A DNA stretch of 64,000 bases from a virus, in IMG/VR virus record IMGVR_UViG_3300008116_000027, positions 12,886 through 76,885 of that record, one strand, 5' to 3'. The notes below the pieces were generated by a model. The model made no database searches. It had not been told where the DNA came from and saw only the letters and a program-made list of their open reading frames with translations. Within the stretch, counting starts at the first letter, position 1, and each line of letters begins with the position of its first letter. A program made the translations under genes and the position numbers. Below are positions 37,218 through 48,620 of the stretch, piece by piece.

Positions 37218-40200
37218 ATGGCTGAAGAACAGATAGTCACCCGAATAGTCGCTACGTCCGACTTTTCAAACCTTATTGCAGATCTCGGTAAGGTTTCTTC
37301 AGCCTTAACTACTTTACAATCAAAGCTAAACGCAACAAACAAAAATTTATCATCACAAGTTGCTGTGATGAATCGTTCTTTTGCCGAAACACTTAGAAGC
37401 ACTGGTCAATTTTCTAGCCACTTTGTAAACCTACAATCAGATGTAGAAAAATTTGGAACTCAATTAGATAAAGGCCAAATTAAATTAAAACAATTTTTTC
37501 AAGTATATCAAAGTCATTTAAAGACTAATGGCGGATTAATTAGACAACTTGCAACTCAACAAGTTCAATTACAAAATGCAATATTACAACCTCTTGGCAA
37601 AAACGCAGAAGGTTTGATGCAGTACAATGTGCATATACCAGCTGGCCTAGATAGGGTAAAAAGCAGAACAGCTTTAGCAAGACAAGAATTGCAGATTATG
37701 AATCGTGTAATTCAAGAAGGTGCAAACTCATTAATTAATTGGGGTAAAAATACACAGTGGGCTGGACGTCAATTAACAGTAGGATTAACTGTACCGCTTG
37801 CAGCATTTGGAGCAGCATCTGCAAAAGCATTTAGAGAAGCAGATCAAGAATTAACACGTTTAACTAAGGTTTACGGAGGACTTGCTGCAACCTCTGCTTC
37901 TGATTTAGGAAAGATAAGAAAACAAGTTACCGACACAGCATCAGAACTTTCAAAATCTTATGGCGCATCATTTAAAGAAACAATTGCTTTAGGTGCAGAT
38001 ATTGCTGCCACTGGCAAACAGGGTAATGAGTTATTAGGGTCCATTAAAGAAACAACCCGATTAGCAGTTCTCGGAGAAGTTGATAGACAAGATGCAATGA
38101 AAGCAACATTAGCAATTCAATCTGCATTTAAACAAAATACAGACGAGTTAGCAGAATCAATTAACTTTTTAAACGCAGTTGAAAACCAGACATCAACAAC
38201 GCTTAACGATCTTGTAGAAGCAATTCCAAAAGCTGGTCCAATTATTAAAGGTCTTGGAGGAAGCGTAGAAGATTTAGCCCTTTATCTCACTGCAATGAGA
38301 GAAGGTGGAATTAATGCATCAGAAGGAGCTAACGCATTAAAGTCAGGACTTGCATCTTTAATTAATCCAACAAAGGTTGCAAAAGAAATGTTTGCGGGAT
38401 TTGGAATATCCTTAACAGATATTGTACAAAAAAATGCTGGCAATACAACTGAAACTTTACTAGCACTGCAAGCAGCATTAGACTCTTTAAACCCATTACA
38501 AAAACAACAAGCATTAGAACAGTTATTTGGTAAATTCCAATTTGCTCGTATGAATGCTTTATTTGAAAACCTTGGAAAACAAGGAAGCCAGACTTTGCAG
38601 GTAATGGATTTAATGAAAGCAAGCTCAGAAGACCTAGCAAATATTGCAGGTCGAGAGTTAAGTATGGTAACAGAGTCTGCTTCTGGTAAATATCGTAGAG
38701 CTTTAGAAGGATTAAAAGCCGATCTTGCAGAAGTAGGAGAACAATTCTTAACAATCAATACTCATTTAATTAATATTGTTAGTGGAATATTAAAATTTAT
38801 TGATAAACTTCCTGGACCAATTAAAACAATCTTAGCATTTTTTGGAGGACTAACAGCAGTTGCAGGACCATTAATTATGTTAACTGGTGTTCTTGCAAAC
38901 TTCTTTGGATATGTAATTAAAGGAGCTTCACATTTTAGATCTATGTTTAAAGGTGGAGAAGGATGGAGATTATTAACTCCAGAAATTCTTGCAGCCAATA
39001 AAGCTGGATCTTTAGTAGAACAAACATTTTATAGCGATGCAAAAGCGGCAGAAATATTAAAAACAGCAGTAGATAGATTATCCGCCTCTTATCAAAAACT
39101 AGCAGCAGATGCAAATAGTGCAAGAATTGTAACAAACCCTGGAGTTTCTACAGTAGGTGGAACACAGATAATTGCTGCAGGTGGACCAAGAATTGTTGAT
39201 CCAAAACATCCCTTAGTTGGAGATATGGGAACAAGAGCTGGGGCACATCATAATCCAAGATCTCTAATGTCTATTAATCAAAGAAATGCTACAACTATAC
39301 ATGGAATTACTCCACAAGCTATTCCAGTAAACGGAGGCATTGGTGCAGTTCCTCAAATATTTATGAATAAGGATCTTCCAAGAATTGAAGGCCTAACAAC
39401 ATCTAGGGGAATTTCAACTGGAATAGTTGCTGGCGAAGCGGCAAAATGGCATGCCCTTATGGGAACACTTTCTATGTTATCAAAGAGAGAAGTTGCAGAT
39501 CTACAAAAAGAAATTGCCAGAACAGGAACTTTTAGTACAGAAATAAGTGCTACATTTTCACAATTATTGCCTCACATGACTAAGATAACATCTAATGCTG
39601 CGGCACAATCTGCAAAAATTGTTGCAGAACTTCAAGCAAATAAAATAACTTTAGATGCTGCAAGAGCTAAAATTATTGCTTTAAATACACAAATAGAAAC
39701 AATGATGGTTCAAACTACACAACAGGTAGCAGCATCCCTTAGCAGAAATGCCGCTGTTACACAAGTTCCTTTGCTTAATCAACCAATAGTAAATGCTAAA
39801 GGTAAAGCAAACATTAGAGAAATATTTAGACCCGAAAGACCAGTTGCAAAGATAATTGATAAAATTGCAAGAGGTTTGGGAGTAAGAACTTCTGGAGCTG
39901 GATATTCTATAGAAACAACAAAACCAAAGAATTTTGCTACTGGAGGAAGAGTATTTGATGGACCTAGGTCAGACACAACAGATACACAGTTTGAATACTT
40001 ACCAGAAGGATCTTTTGTATTAAATAGAAAAGCTTCTGATAATTTATTAGGATTTAATAAAGGCGGAATGGTACCAGCAATGGTTACCCCTGGAGAAATT
40101 TTAATTGAAAATCCTACATCAGACGAATTGGATATGCTTGAAGCATATAATAATCAATTTGCCGCTGGCGGAAAAGTTGTTAAATCACAAAATAATTATG

Positions 40201-43200
40201 GAATACCTACAACAAGCTTACTTAAACTATTAAGTGCAAATCAAATGAAAAAATTAGTTCCTGGATTTTCTGGATCTCAAAGATATTATCAAGCTAAAGG
40301 AACTGCTGGAGTTTTTATTGGAGACATATCAGATCCAAAAATACTTAAAAAATATTCACATCTTGTAAATAAAAATGGAGTCATAAGTAGAACAACTATT
40401 AATAGCTTAGGAACAAATTATAAGATTCCAGGAGATTTATTTAAAGCTGCAATTAAAGCAAGGCCAAAGGGAGTTAATCTAGGATCTGCAGATAACTTTT
40501 TAGATACACTTGCAAAAAATGGAATAGTAGATCCAAAACAAGCTAAAAATATTAGAGATGCAATAGAAGCAAAATATTTTGATTATTTAAGTAAAAATAA
40601 AGTATGGGATACAAATAACGAATATTGGAAAGTTGTAAATTCAATACTTTCTAAAGAATTAGTTGGTAACTCAAATGCAAAGAATTTATGGAAACAATAC
40701 TCAAGTACAGTTGCAGTGCACACAGGATCAAATACAGCAAAACGTGGAAAATCTGGAGCGTCTACTAGCCCTCAAACAATAAAAATTAGAGATAAAGATG
40801 GTAAAGTAATAAATTTTGGAACCCTAGAGGGAGATTTAAAACAAGGTTATTTATTTGCACATACTAAAACGCCAGACCCATTAAGAAAAATGGCATTACA
40901 AAAACTTAACATGGGCGGAGTAGTAGGAGGAAGAGTAAGACGTGGAAAAAATAATTATGGAATTCCAGGATTAAATACTTCTGGATTAAATCAACCACCA
41001 TTGATTCAACAAATGGGACTTCAGTCTCCAACACAAATGCAACCAGACGAGCAAATGCCAAAACAAAGAGGAATGCTAACTGGAAATTTAATTGGCATGG
41101 CTGGCTCTATGGGAGGATATTCTTTAGGAAGTAAATTTGGTGGACAACTTGGGGGTTTTGCTGGCATGATGCTCGTGCCAGCCCTTTTAGATAAAGTTAT
41201 ATCTAAAATGGGAGTTTTAGGAAAAACATCTACTGGAACAGCTAGTATTGCTGGAAGACTTGGCCCTATTTTGGCAAATCCATACGTAGCATTTGGAGCA
41301 GCAATTGTTGGCGCAACTGCAGTATTGCTTAAGCTAAATGCTAAAATAGAAGAAACAAGAAGAATTAATAGACTTGCATTTTCTGGCGGAGTAAAACCTA
41401 TTAAAGATTTTGATTCAGAATTGAAACAAGTTAAAGAAAATATTGAAAATACAAGGGCTGCATCAGAATTATTGCATGCTCAAATGAATTCTGCTGGAAT
41501 ATCTGGACTAACTATAACTATAAAAGAATTTGCAGATTTAAGAGAAAAAATTAAATCAACTCACCCAGAATTAATAAAGTTATTTAATCAAACTCCAAAT
41601 GATAAGTTGAGTAAAGTTGCAGAAGGATTAAAATCACAATTTGTGGCAGCAGGAGATTCTGCCGCACAAGCAAATACAAAAATAGCAGCTTTAATGGCTG
41701 AAACAGGAAAGACTGGATTTATACAATCTGTTTTAGGATCTGAAGGAGTTAAAGGAATAGTAGACGCAAAAACTGCAATATCTTCTATGTTAAAAGCCCT
41801 AGAAGGATTTATGACTAGCAAAGATAAAGCAGCTGGAATTCTTCAAGTATTTAGTTCAATGTCAGACTATATAGCAAAATCAAATGATAAGGGCGCAGCA
41901 TTAAAAGAACAGTTTGATCTTATTGCTAAATCTGGTCAGGCAAATGTTCAAATAACTCAAGATCAAATAGTAGAATTATCAAAAACTGATCCTATACTAG
42001 CTGGAATATTAGATAGAACAGATACGGTTGGAAAGGCTTTAGCAAAATGGAGATTAGCTGTAGCTGGAGTAAATAAAGAATTAGACGGATCAGAAGCACA
42101 GTTAATGCAATATGCAATAGCGGCAGAAGGAATTGACTCATATTATAAGAAATTGTTAGACGTATCTAGCAAAGAAGCTCAAAGCAATAAAATGACTGGT
42201 CAATGGGCAAAAGATATTGATGCATTTGAAAAGAAACAGGTTACTGCAAGTAAAACTGCTATCCAAAATCTTGAAAAACAAATTGATTTAAAAAATAAAC
42301 AAATAGATCAAATTAAAAAAGAAGCTGATGCAAGAAAGAAAGCACTAAGAGATCAACAACAAATTGAAGATGTAAGATTACAGATACAGCAAGAACAATT
42401 AAGTTATCAAATGGCTTTGGCTGCTGGAGACATGTCATCTGCAGCACAAGCGCAAATTAATATTCAAAGACTTGTTGGCCAACAACAATTAAAAACCGCA
42501 GAGGATGCAATAGATTCAGCAGCACAAGCAAAAATAGATGCTCTTCAGGCACAAATAGACGTTCTTAATAAAAAATCAACTGCTGTAAGTAATGCTGCCA
42601 GCACAGCTAAGCCAGCACAGTCCCCATCAAGACCAACATATGAAGCAATTCAATCAGTATATAAACAATATTCTTTGGGCAATATAGATGAAGCAACCGC
42701 CGCAAGTCAACTTAATGATTTAGTTAGAAAATTAGAACAAACAGAAGGCGGAGACAAATATATTAAAGATCTTGGACTTTCAAAATCAGCAAGCAATTTT
42801 GTAAGAGAAGATAGGGAAACAAGAAAAGTTAATCTTGATTTAACATCTGGAGTTGGACTAGAGTTAAAGAATGCTTTAAATAAAGGTACAGACACTCTTG
42901 TTAAAGCAGCAATTGATAAATCTAATACTTACTTACAAGAAATTAGAAATAAGTTAGTTAATGATACAGACCCCGCTCCAGTTTCAACAGGAGGAGGAGC
43001 AGGATCAAGAAGCGGAAGACCAGGACCAGCAGATAATACTCCTAATTCTGGCTGGGGAGGGTATGCTGATGCTGTTAACAAAAAGCCAGGAAGACTTTAT
43101 ACTCCACCTGGTGCATCTAGATATATTATGGATCCTGCAGGAAATGCAGTATACGAAGATTTAAGTCCAAAAGAATTTAAAGAAATTGCAAAACAATATG

Positions 43201-43601
43201 GCACAAAACTTGCAATGGGTGGCTTTATTAAAAAATATGCTCAAGCAGGTGTGGTGGTAGGACCAGGAACTGGAACTTCCGATTCAATTCCAGCAATGCT
43301 TTCAAACGGTGAATATGTAATAAGAGCAGCTTCCGTACAAGCAGTCGGAACATCTTTCTTAGACGGAATTAATAAAATGTCAGCAGGCGGAATTGCAACA
43401 AAATATAGTATTCCTAAAATGAGTATGGGCGGACGAGTAAATATGTCTAACGCTGGACATGCTTCTACATCAAATGCTTTGTATAATATAAATGTTACAC
43501 TTAATGGAACAGAATTAACAGCAGACGATGTTGCAAGAACTATAGAGGAAAGAATGAGAAGAATGCAGTCAAAAGAGGGGTTAAATAGAGTATACTCATG
43601 A
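37218..43601 (+). CDS. tail tape measure protein
   Basis: 2127 aa, Ala/Leu-rich helical core (GLTVPLAAFG, GANALKSGL), C-terminal GPGTGTSDSIPAMLSNGEYV. Confidence 0.92.
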   Translation: MAEEQIVTRIVATSDFSNLIADLGKVSSALTTLQSKLNATNKNLSSQVAVMNRSFAETLRSTGQFSSHFVNLQSDVEKFGTQLDKGQIKLKQFFQVYQSHLKTNGGLIRQLATQQVQLQNAILQPLGKNAEGLMQYNVHIPAGLDRVKSRTALARQELQIMNRVIQEGANSLINWGKNTQWAGRQLTVGLTVPLAAFGAASAKAFREADQELTRLTKVYGGLAATSASDLGKIRKQVTDTASELSKSYGASFKETIALGADIAATGKQGNELLGSIKETTRLAVLGEVDRQDAMKATLAIQSAFKQNTDELAESINFLNAVENQTSTTLNDLVEAIPKAGPIIKGLGGSVEDLALYLTAMREGGINASEGANALKSGLASLINPTKVAKEMFAGFGISLTDIVQKNAGNTTETLLALQAALDSLNPLQKQQALEQLFGKFQFARMNALFENLGKQGSQTLQVMDLMKASSEDLANIAGRELSMVTESASGKYRRALEGLKADLAEVGEQFLTINTHLINIVSGILKFIDKLPGPIKTILAFFGGLTAVAGPLIMLTGVLANFFGYVIKGASHFRSMFKGGEGWRLLTPEILAANKAGSLVEQTFYSDAKAAEILKTAVDRLSASYQKLAADANSARIVTNPGVSTVGGTQIIAAGGPRIVDPKHPLVGDMGTRAGAHHNPRSLMSINQRNATTIHGITPQAIPVNGGIGAVPQIFMNKDLPRIEGLTTSRGISTGIVAGEAAKWHALMGTLSMLSKREVADLQKEIARTGTFSTEISATFSQLLPHMTKITSNAAAQSAKIVAELQANKITLDAARAKIIALNTQIETMMVQTTQQVAASLSRNAAVTQVPLLNQPIVNAKGKANIREIFRPERPVAKIIDKIARGLGVRTSGAGYSIETTKPKNFATGGRVFDGPRSDTTDTQFEYLPEGSFVLNRKASDNLLGFNKGGMVPAMVTPGEILIENPTSDELDMLEAYNNQFAAGGKVVKSQNNYGIPTTSLLKLLSANQMKKLVPGFSGSQRYYQAKGTAGVFIGDISDPKILKKYSHLVNKNGVISRTTINSLGTNYKIPGDLFKAAIKARPKGVNLGSADNFLDTLAKNGIVDPKQAKNIRDAIEAKYFDYLSKNKVWDTNNEYWKVVNSILSKELVGNSNAKNLWKQYSSTVAVHTGSNTAKRGKSGASTSPQTIKIRDKDGKVINFGTLEGDLKQGYLFAHTKTPDPLRKMALQKLNMGGVVGGRVRRGKNNYGIPGLNTSGLNQPPLIQQMGLQSPTQMQPDEQMPKQRGMLTGNLIGMAGSMGGYSLGSKFGGQLGGFAGMMLVPALLDKVISKMGVLGKTSTGTASIAGRLGPILANPYVAFGAAIVGATAVLLKLNAKIEETRRINRLAFSGGVKPIKDFDSELKQVKENIENTRAASELLHAQMNSAGISGLTITIKEFADLREKIKSTHPELIKLFNQTPNDKLSKVAEGLKSQFVAAGDSAAQANTKIAALMAETGKTGFIQSVLGSEGVKGIVDAKTAISSMLKALEGFMTSKDKAAGILQVFSSMSDYIAKSNDKGAALKEQFDLIAKSGQANVQITQDQIVELSKTDPILAGILDRTDTVGKALAKWRLAVAGVNKELDGSEAQLMQYAIAAEGIDSYYKKLLDVSSKEAQSNKMTGQWAKDIDAFEKKQVTASKTAIQNLEKQIDLKNKQIDQIKKEADARKKALRDQQQIEDVRLQIQQEQLSYQMALAAGDMSSAAQAQINIQRLVGQQQLKTAEDAIDSAAQAKIDALQAQIDVLNKKSTAVSNAASTAKPAQSPSRPTYEAIQSVYKQYSLGNIDEATAASQLNDLVRKLEQTEGGDKYIKDLGLSKSASNFVREDRETRKVNLDLTSGVGLELKNALNKGTDTLVKAAIDKSNTYLQEIRNKLVNDTDPAPVSTGGGAGSRSGRPGPADNTPNSGWGGYADAVNKKPGRLYTPPGASRYIMDPAGNAVYEDLSPKEFKEIAKQYGTKLAMGGFIKKYAQAGVVVGPGTGTSDSIPAMLSNGEYVIRAASVQAVGTSFLDGINKMSAGGIATKYSIPKMSMGGRVNMSNAGHASTSNALYNINVTLNGTELTADDVARTIEERMRRMQSKEGLNRVYS

Positions 43602-44071
43602 GTACAGTATCAATGCCAAGAGGATCTATATTACAAATAAGAGCATATGACTTATCCCTTAATGGTGGAAATGGCACATTTAAATATAATAAAGTTACAG
43701 AACATAACAGATCTGCATTTGATATTAGCAATGAAAGAATTGAAAAAAGCACTAGAATGTCTAACGGATCATTAAGAAAATATTTTATTGCAGATAAAAA
43801 AACATTTTCTTTATCTTGGGACATGCTTCCCTCATATAGAACATTAACTGTAGATGGAGCATGGGGAGCAGAAGACTTAAGATCATTTTATAATAGTGCA
43901 GAAGGACAATCTTCTTTTAATATAAGAGTTAATTTAGCAAAAAATGGTTCAAGTCAAGAATCTTCTGGATATGAAGAGTATACGGTTGTCTTTGGAGATT
44001 GCAATTTCTCTGTATTAAAAAGAGGACTTCAGCCATTTTGGAGTGTATCGTTAACCCTGGTAGAGGTATAA
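43598..44071 (+). CDS. distal tail (Dit-like) protein
   Basis: Directly after the tape measure gene; RMSNGSLR, FSLSWDMLP, WSVSLTLVEV. Confidence 0.65.
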   Translation: MSTVSMPRGSILQIRAYDLSLNGGNGTFKYNKVTEHNRSAFDISNERIEKSTRMSNGSLRKYFIADKKTFSLSWDMLPSYRTLTVDGAWGAEDLRSFYNSAEGQSSFNIRVNLAKNGSSQESSGYEEYTVVFGDCNFSVLKRGLQPFWSVSLTLVEV

Positions 44072-46114
44072 ATGATATCAGCACCTGCAAATTTAAAAAC
44101 TTTATTATATAACAATACAAATATTAAAATTAACTCTGGTTGTTATATTGAGTACAACATGAACACAATGCTAGACGGAGTATCGGCATCTACTAATATA
44201 ACGGATACATCGTATACATCACAAATTGTAGATATAATTGGGCAGCCAACTTGGCCAAATGGCAGACCAAATCCATATAAAAAACTATTTCCAGTAGATT
44301 CAATTATTAAGCCATTTAGACCATTAGCCTCTGGAATTAAATATTTTATTTTAGAAAAACCAGTTGCAAATGGTGGACCAACCGAAACACAAAAAAATAC
44401 TTTTTCTAACTATAGATCAGTTTTATATCCAGAGACACAACCAAGAATATATTATCCAGGGGCAAACACATATTATAAATACTGGGTAACACCTAAAGAC
44501 ACTGGAGTAAATATTACTGTTAACTATTTAACAAATTTAACTCAATATGCATTAACTAATAAAATAGTTTTAAAATTTGAAAGCACACACAGTCTTCCAG
44601 GAACCTATACAGTTAAAATTACAAAATCAAATAATACAGAAGAAACTATTGCAAATGCCTTAGCAACACCATTAAGTGGACTTATTGAATTATATTACAA
44701 TGGAACATCATGGTCTACGTCAGCACCCTCAGAACCACAATCATTTTCAGATCCAATATCAATTAAATCAATAACGGTTACTACTCCAAGTGCTGGTACA
44801 AATAGAATAATTGGTGTAACTGAAATTTCTGCAAGATGGATAAAAGATATTTCCTCAGACGTAGTTTCATTTGATATAAGTAAAGAATCGTCATCTAGCT
44901 CAGAAGAGTTGTTGCCAATAGGTAAAATAACAGCAAATAGTATTAATTTAAATTTAGTTAAATATAACCAAAGCACACTTCAATATGTTTCATACAATAG
45001 AAATATTGCTTTAAACTCTTCATTAACCTATATGACAAAAAATGCAAAAGTAATTCCATTTTTTAAAATATATCATCAGGATGGTTTAATATCAGAAGGA
45101 TCAAGTAAATATGATAAAGTTAATCAGGGATATTTTTATATAAATGAATGGAACATTTCTAGTTACGGAGAAGTATCACTCAGCGCCCTCGATTCAGCAA
45201 AATATTTAATGGAAGTGGTGTGCCCAGATATACTATGTGAAGCATATCCAGTAACTGCAATTATTAGAAGATTGCTAGATTCAGTAGGATACACTAATTA
45301 TAAATTTAATTTATCATCTAACTCGGATTCTTCTGTTCCATTAATTAATTATTTTTGGACAGATGGTTCTAAAACTGTTTGGGAATACCTACAAGAATTA
45401 TGTAGAGATATTCAAATGAATGCAATTATTGATGAAAATGATATACTTCAATTTTATAGTAGAAATTATATGTATTCACGAACAACAAAAGATTGGAACT
45501 TTTATCAAGAAGTAGAGGGAAGCGCTTTACCAAATATTATTGAATTTTCTAAAAAAGAAATGCCGTCTGCCAATCAAGTAAAAGTAAGGTGGAGTACACC
45601 AACAACCAGCGAATACCTACAGTCCTCAGATCCATTGTGGCAGTCTTCTCAATCATTTATAGTGGCTGGCGGACTTACAGAATCATTAGGAGTTTCTGGA
45701 AATAATAATATTGCAATTGATTTATCTGGACCTAGTGTATATAACAAATTAATATCTGGATTTAATTTTGAAGGGTATTTTTTGGTGGATTCAGAAATTA
45801 TTGAATACGATGCAATGGGGTATCAATACATACCAGCAGAAACAACAAACAATACTGTTACAGATGCAATTAACGGAACTGTTTTGAATAATGGTACTAA
45901 TCCAATAAATATATGGATAGAGTCTTCTGCAGATTTGAGCAAATATACTGCCTTGTCTAAACCGCCAACTGGTACAACTCTTCAAATAAATATAAAGCCA
46001 AATGGTAGATACAGAATTAAAACAAGAGGTGCTTTAGGAACTACCGCTGCTGCTCATAATTATAGCGGTGCACCGTCCTCACAGTATGCTTGGACGGGAG
46101 TTTTAATAGGATGA
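44072..46114 (+). CDS. minor tail/baseplate hub protein
   Basis: KTVWEYLQELC...IDENDILQF hub-like motif; gene position. Confidence 0.65.
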   Translation: MISAPANLKTLLYNNTNIKINSGCYIEYNMNTMLDGVSASTNITDTSYTSQIVDIIGQPTWPNGRPNPYKKLFPVDSIIKPFRPLASGIKYFILEKPVANGGPTETQKNTFSNYRSVLYPETQPRIYYPGANTYYKYWVTPKDTGVNITVNYLTNLTQYALTNKIVLKFESTHSLPGTYTVKITKSNNTEETIANALATPLSGLIELYYNGTSWSTSAPSEPQSFSDPISIKSITVTTPSAGTNRIIGVTEISARWIKDISSDVVSFDISKESSSSSEELLPIGKITANSINLNLVKYNQSTLQYVSYNRNIALNSSLTYMTKNAKVIPFFKIYHQDGLISEGSSKYDKVNQGYFYINEWNISSYGEVSLSALDSAKYLMEVVCPDILCEAYPVTAIIRRLLDSVGYTNYKFNLSSNSDSSVPLINYFWTDGSKTVWEYLQELCRDIQMNAIIDENDILQFYSRNYMYSRTTKDWNFYQEVEGSALPNIIEFSKKEMPSANQVKVRWSTPTTSEYLQSSDPLWQSSQSFIVAGGLTESLGVSGNNNIAIDLSGPSVYNKLISGFNFEGYFLVDSEIIEYDAMGYQYIPAETTNNTVTDAINGTVLNNGTNPINIWIESSADLSKYTALSKPPTGTTLQINIKPNGRYRIKTRGALGTTAAAHNYSGAPSSQYAWTGVLIG

Positions 46115-47787
46115 GTACATTTACAATCATTAAAGATTTAGTTGTAAATCCTAGTGAAAATGGAGCAATAATAGTTGTAGACACATATGATGGATATGAT
46201 GCTCCTACTAATTATAATGTTGTAATAAATGAAATATTAGATAGCGGGCAAGTTATCATTCAAGATTTTAATGTTAGTCCAAATCCACCAACACTAACTA
46301 CATCAATTACAGTAAGTGGTTTAAAAAGTGGAACTTCGTATGAGGCTGTTGTAATACCAACTTTAAATGGAGTATTTGCCCCAATGAGACCTCGTTGGAC
46401 AAAAAAGTTTAGCACTATATCTAGTTATGGTGGGCAAACAGTTTCTTCAACAAGACAAGATTTTAAAGTTAGTAAATCATATCTGCAGTTAGCAGTAACT
46501 GCTGCACAATATAAGAATAAACAGTCTGCAGTTTTTTATAGAAATTTTGATTCTATAACAATACCAACTACTAAAACTGTATCGCAAACAAATGGAAATT
46601 CATATAACACTGGATACTTTTCTTTTGGAACAAGTTTAATAATGAAAGATACTTTAGAAAATACATTGCATGCTGGCGGTATAGGATTCTTTTTAAATGA
46701 GACAGGAACAAGTGGGTACTATATTGTAATGGAATCAACTGCCTCAGCATCAGCAATATTAGATAAAAAATCAGTAAGAATTGAAAAATGGGTAGGCAGC
46801 AATAAGATACCACTTAAAGAAGTTGGAACAAGAACTGAGTCTAATATAGAAGGAATATTTGGAGGAAGAACATACAATATTGATGTTAAGGTTAAAATAG
46901 ATAATCAAACAGTTATTATTAATGCCTTTATAAATGGTTACGGAATAACAGCAGTAGATACTACTTATAAAATTAATAATAAAGTTCAAATTAAATCAAC
47001 AATTTTGCCTCCCACCAAAAAAATAGGTTTAGCGTGTACTAGAGGAGAAGTAGCTTTTGATTATGGATATGGATATTCAATAACAGAAAATCAATACAAC
47101 GACAGACTTTCAGAGTTAAATATGTATCAAGGTCAATTTAATAATGATTTAATAAATGCATCATATGGAGATTTAATCTATATGGCAAATTATCAAGCAG
47201 ATGAAATATCTATGAATAATAAAAAAGAAATAGCAATAGATGAATTTGGAACAGTAGTAAGAGAAATTATTAAAAAAGATGTAACGTTTAATAAAAGGCC
47301 AGCATACCCAGTAATGTGGAGCACTGGTATAAATCCTTTTGCAAAAATACTTGGGGAAAAAATTTCTAATTTTGGATCACAAGTTTTTGTCATGAATAAT
47401 ACATCTCAAACAATTCCATTATCAAATGGAGCAGAAGCATCATTTTTATTATTAGGAAATAGCTTAGGAAATTCAGGAGACCTAGAGTATTCTACTGATG
47501 AATTAAATGACTACGTAAATAAAGAGCCAGCAATATTTATTTCTAGTTGGCTACAGAATGAGTCGGATGTCAAATCTCTTGCTACTTGGATTAAATCTAA
47601 TATAGTAAATAAAGGTAAAATTGTAAATATGACAATTTTTGGAAATCCTCTTATTTCTGTAGGAGATATTATTTCAATAAAGCATACATATCAAGGTCTT
47701 GCAGGGACAGAAAACTTTATTGTAACTGAAGTAAAACAATCATTTTCTGAAGGATTGGAGACATCAATTACCTGTAGAACTTTATAG
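46111..47787 (+). CDS. minor tail protein
   Basis: ATGA overlap with the previous gene; FN3-like N-terminus; C-terminal GNPLISVGDII. Confidence 0.65.
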   Translation: MSTFTIIKDLVVNPSENGAIIVVDTYDGYDAPTNYNVVINEILDSGQVIIQDFNVSPNPPTLTTSITVSGLKSGTSYEAVVIPTLNGVFAPMRPRWTKKFSTISSYGGQTVSSTRQDFKVSKSYLQLAVTAAQYKNKQSAVFYRNFDSITIPTTKTVSQTNGNSYNTGYFSFGTSLIMKDTLENTLHAGGIGFFLNETGTSGYYIVMESTASASAILDKKSVRIEKWVGSNKIPLKEVGTRTESNIEGIFGGRTYNIDVKVKIDNQTVIINAFINGYGITAVDTTYKINNKVQIKSTILPPTKKIGLACTRGEVAFDYGYGYSITENQYNDRLSELNMYQGQFNNDLINASYGDLIYMANYQADEISMNNKKEIAIDEFGTVVREIIKKDVTFNKRPAYPVMWSTGINPFAKILGEKISNFGSQVFVMNNTSQTIPLSNGAEASFLLLGNSLGNSGDLEYSTDELNDYVNKEPAIFISSWLQNESDVKSLATWIKSNIVNKGKIVNMTIFGNPLISVGDIISIKHTYQGLAGTENFIVTEVKQSFSEGLETSITCRTL

Positions 47788-47812
47788 TTTTAAAATGGTA
47801 TAATAAAAATAT

Positions 47813-48613
47813 ATGAATAATCCAAATAAAAGATTAAGTTTAAGCGACCTTAATAGAGGACAAGTTTTTGTTTTAACTGAGGGAAGTCCAGAAACCATAG
47901 TTTCTTTCCCAGGAACATATTTAATATTAAAAGGTGGCTCAATAGATTATTCTAAATATTTATCTGCCAGTCTATATTCGGCGGGATCTGGTAGCGGATT
48001 ATATGTAAATGAAGATGGGGAAGTTAATACTAATCTGCCAAGTCTAGAAGATCTATTAGATATTCCAGAGTTATCGGATATAGAAAGTATAACTTATGAG
48101 CCATACTATGACATTGCAACAAAGGTACAAAAAGTAAGGGCTATATTAAAAATTAGAAATTCAAGTCAAAATAAAATTAATGTAGACGGAGTAGACGCTA
48201 GAATATTTAATCCCACCACAATTGTTCAGGTTGCAAGCAAAACATCTACATCCGTACAATTTATTACTCCAACTCCTGGAGTTCCTGCTGTTTATTTTAA
48301 GAGAGACAGCACAGAAATTTTTTGGGGATGGAATAACGTTTCTGGACTTGGGTCATATTCAAGTGTAAGATATGATTGGATAATAAGCTCATCAAGTTCG
48401 TCTACCGCCACGGCATTAAACAGCGGGTCAGAAGTTTATTCCACATCTGCTTCAAATGGTATTGGTAGTAGCGGAGTAATGAAAACTTATAGAGTAAGTT
48501 CAAGGGATGGAGATACAGCAGCAACATCTTCATTTAGATGGCTTAGAGTAAAAACTGTAGTAACAGGAACAAATGGAATAGAGTATTCATCTTCATACTC
48601 TACACCAATTTAG
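47813..48613 (+). CDS. minor tail protein
   Basis: Ser/Thr-rich beta protein in the tail-tip block. Confidence 0.55.
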   Translation: MNNPNKRLSLSDLNRGQVFVLTEGSPETIVSFPGTYLILKGGSIDYSKYLSASLYSAGSGSGLYVNEDGEVNTNLPSLEDLLDIPELSDIESITYEPYYDIATKVQKVRAILKIRNSSQNKINVDGVDARIFNPTTIVQVASKTSTSVQFITPTPGVPAVYFKRDSTEIFWGWNNVSGLGSYSSVRYDWIISSSSSSTATALNSGSEVYSTSASNGIGSSGVMKTYRVSSRDGDTAATSSFRWLRVKTVVTGTNGIEYSSSYSTPI

Positions 48614-48620
48614 GAGAAAA

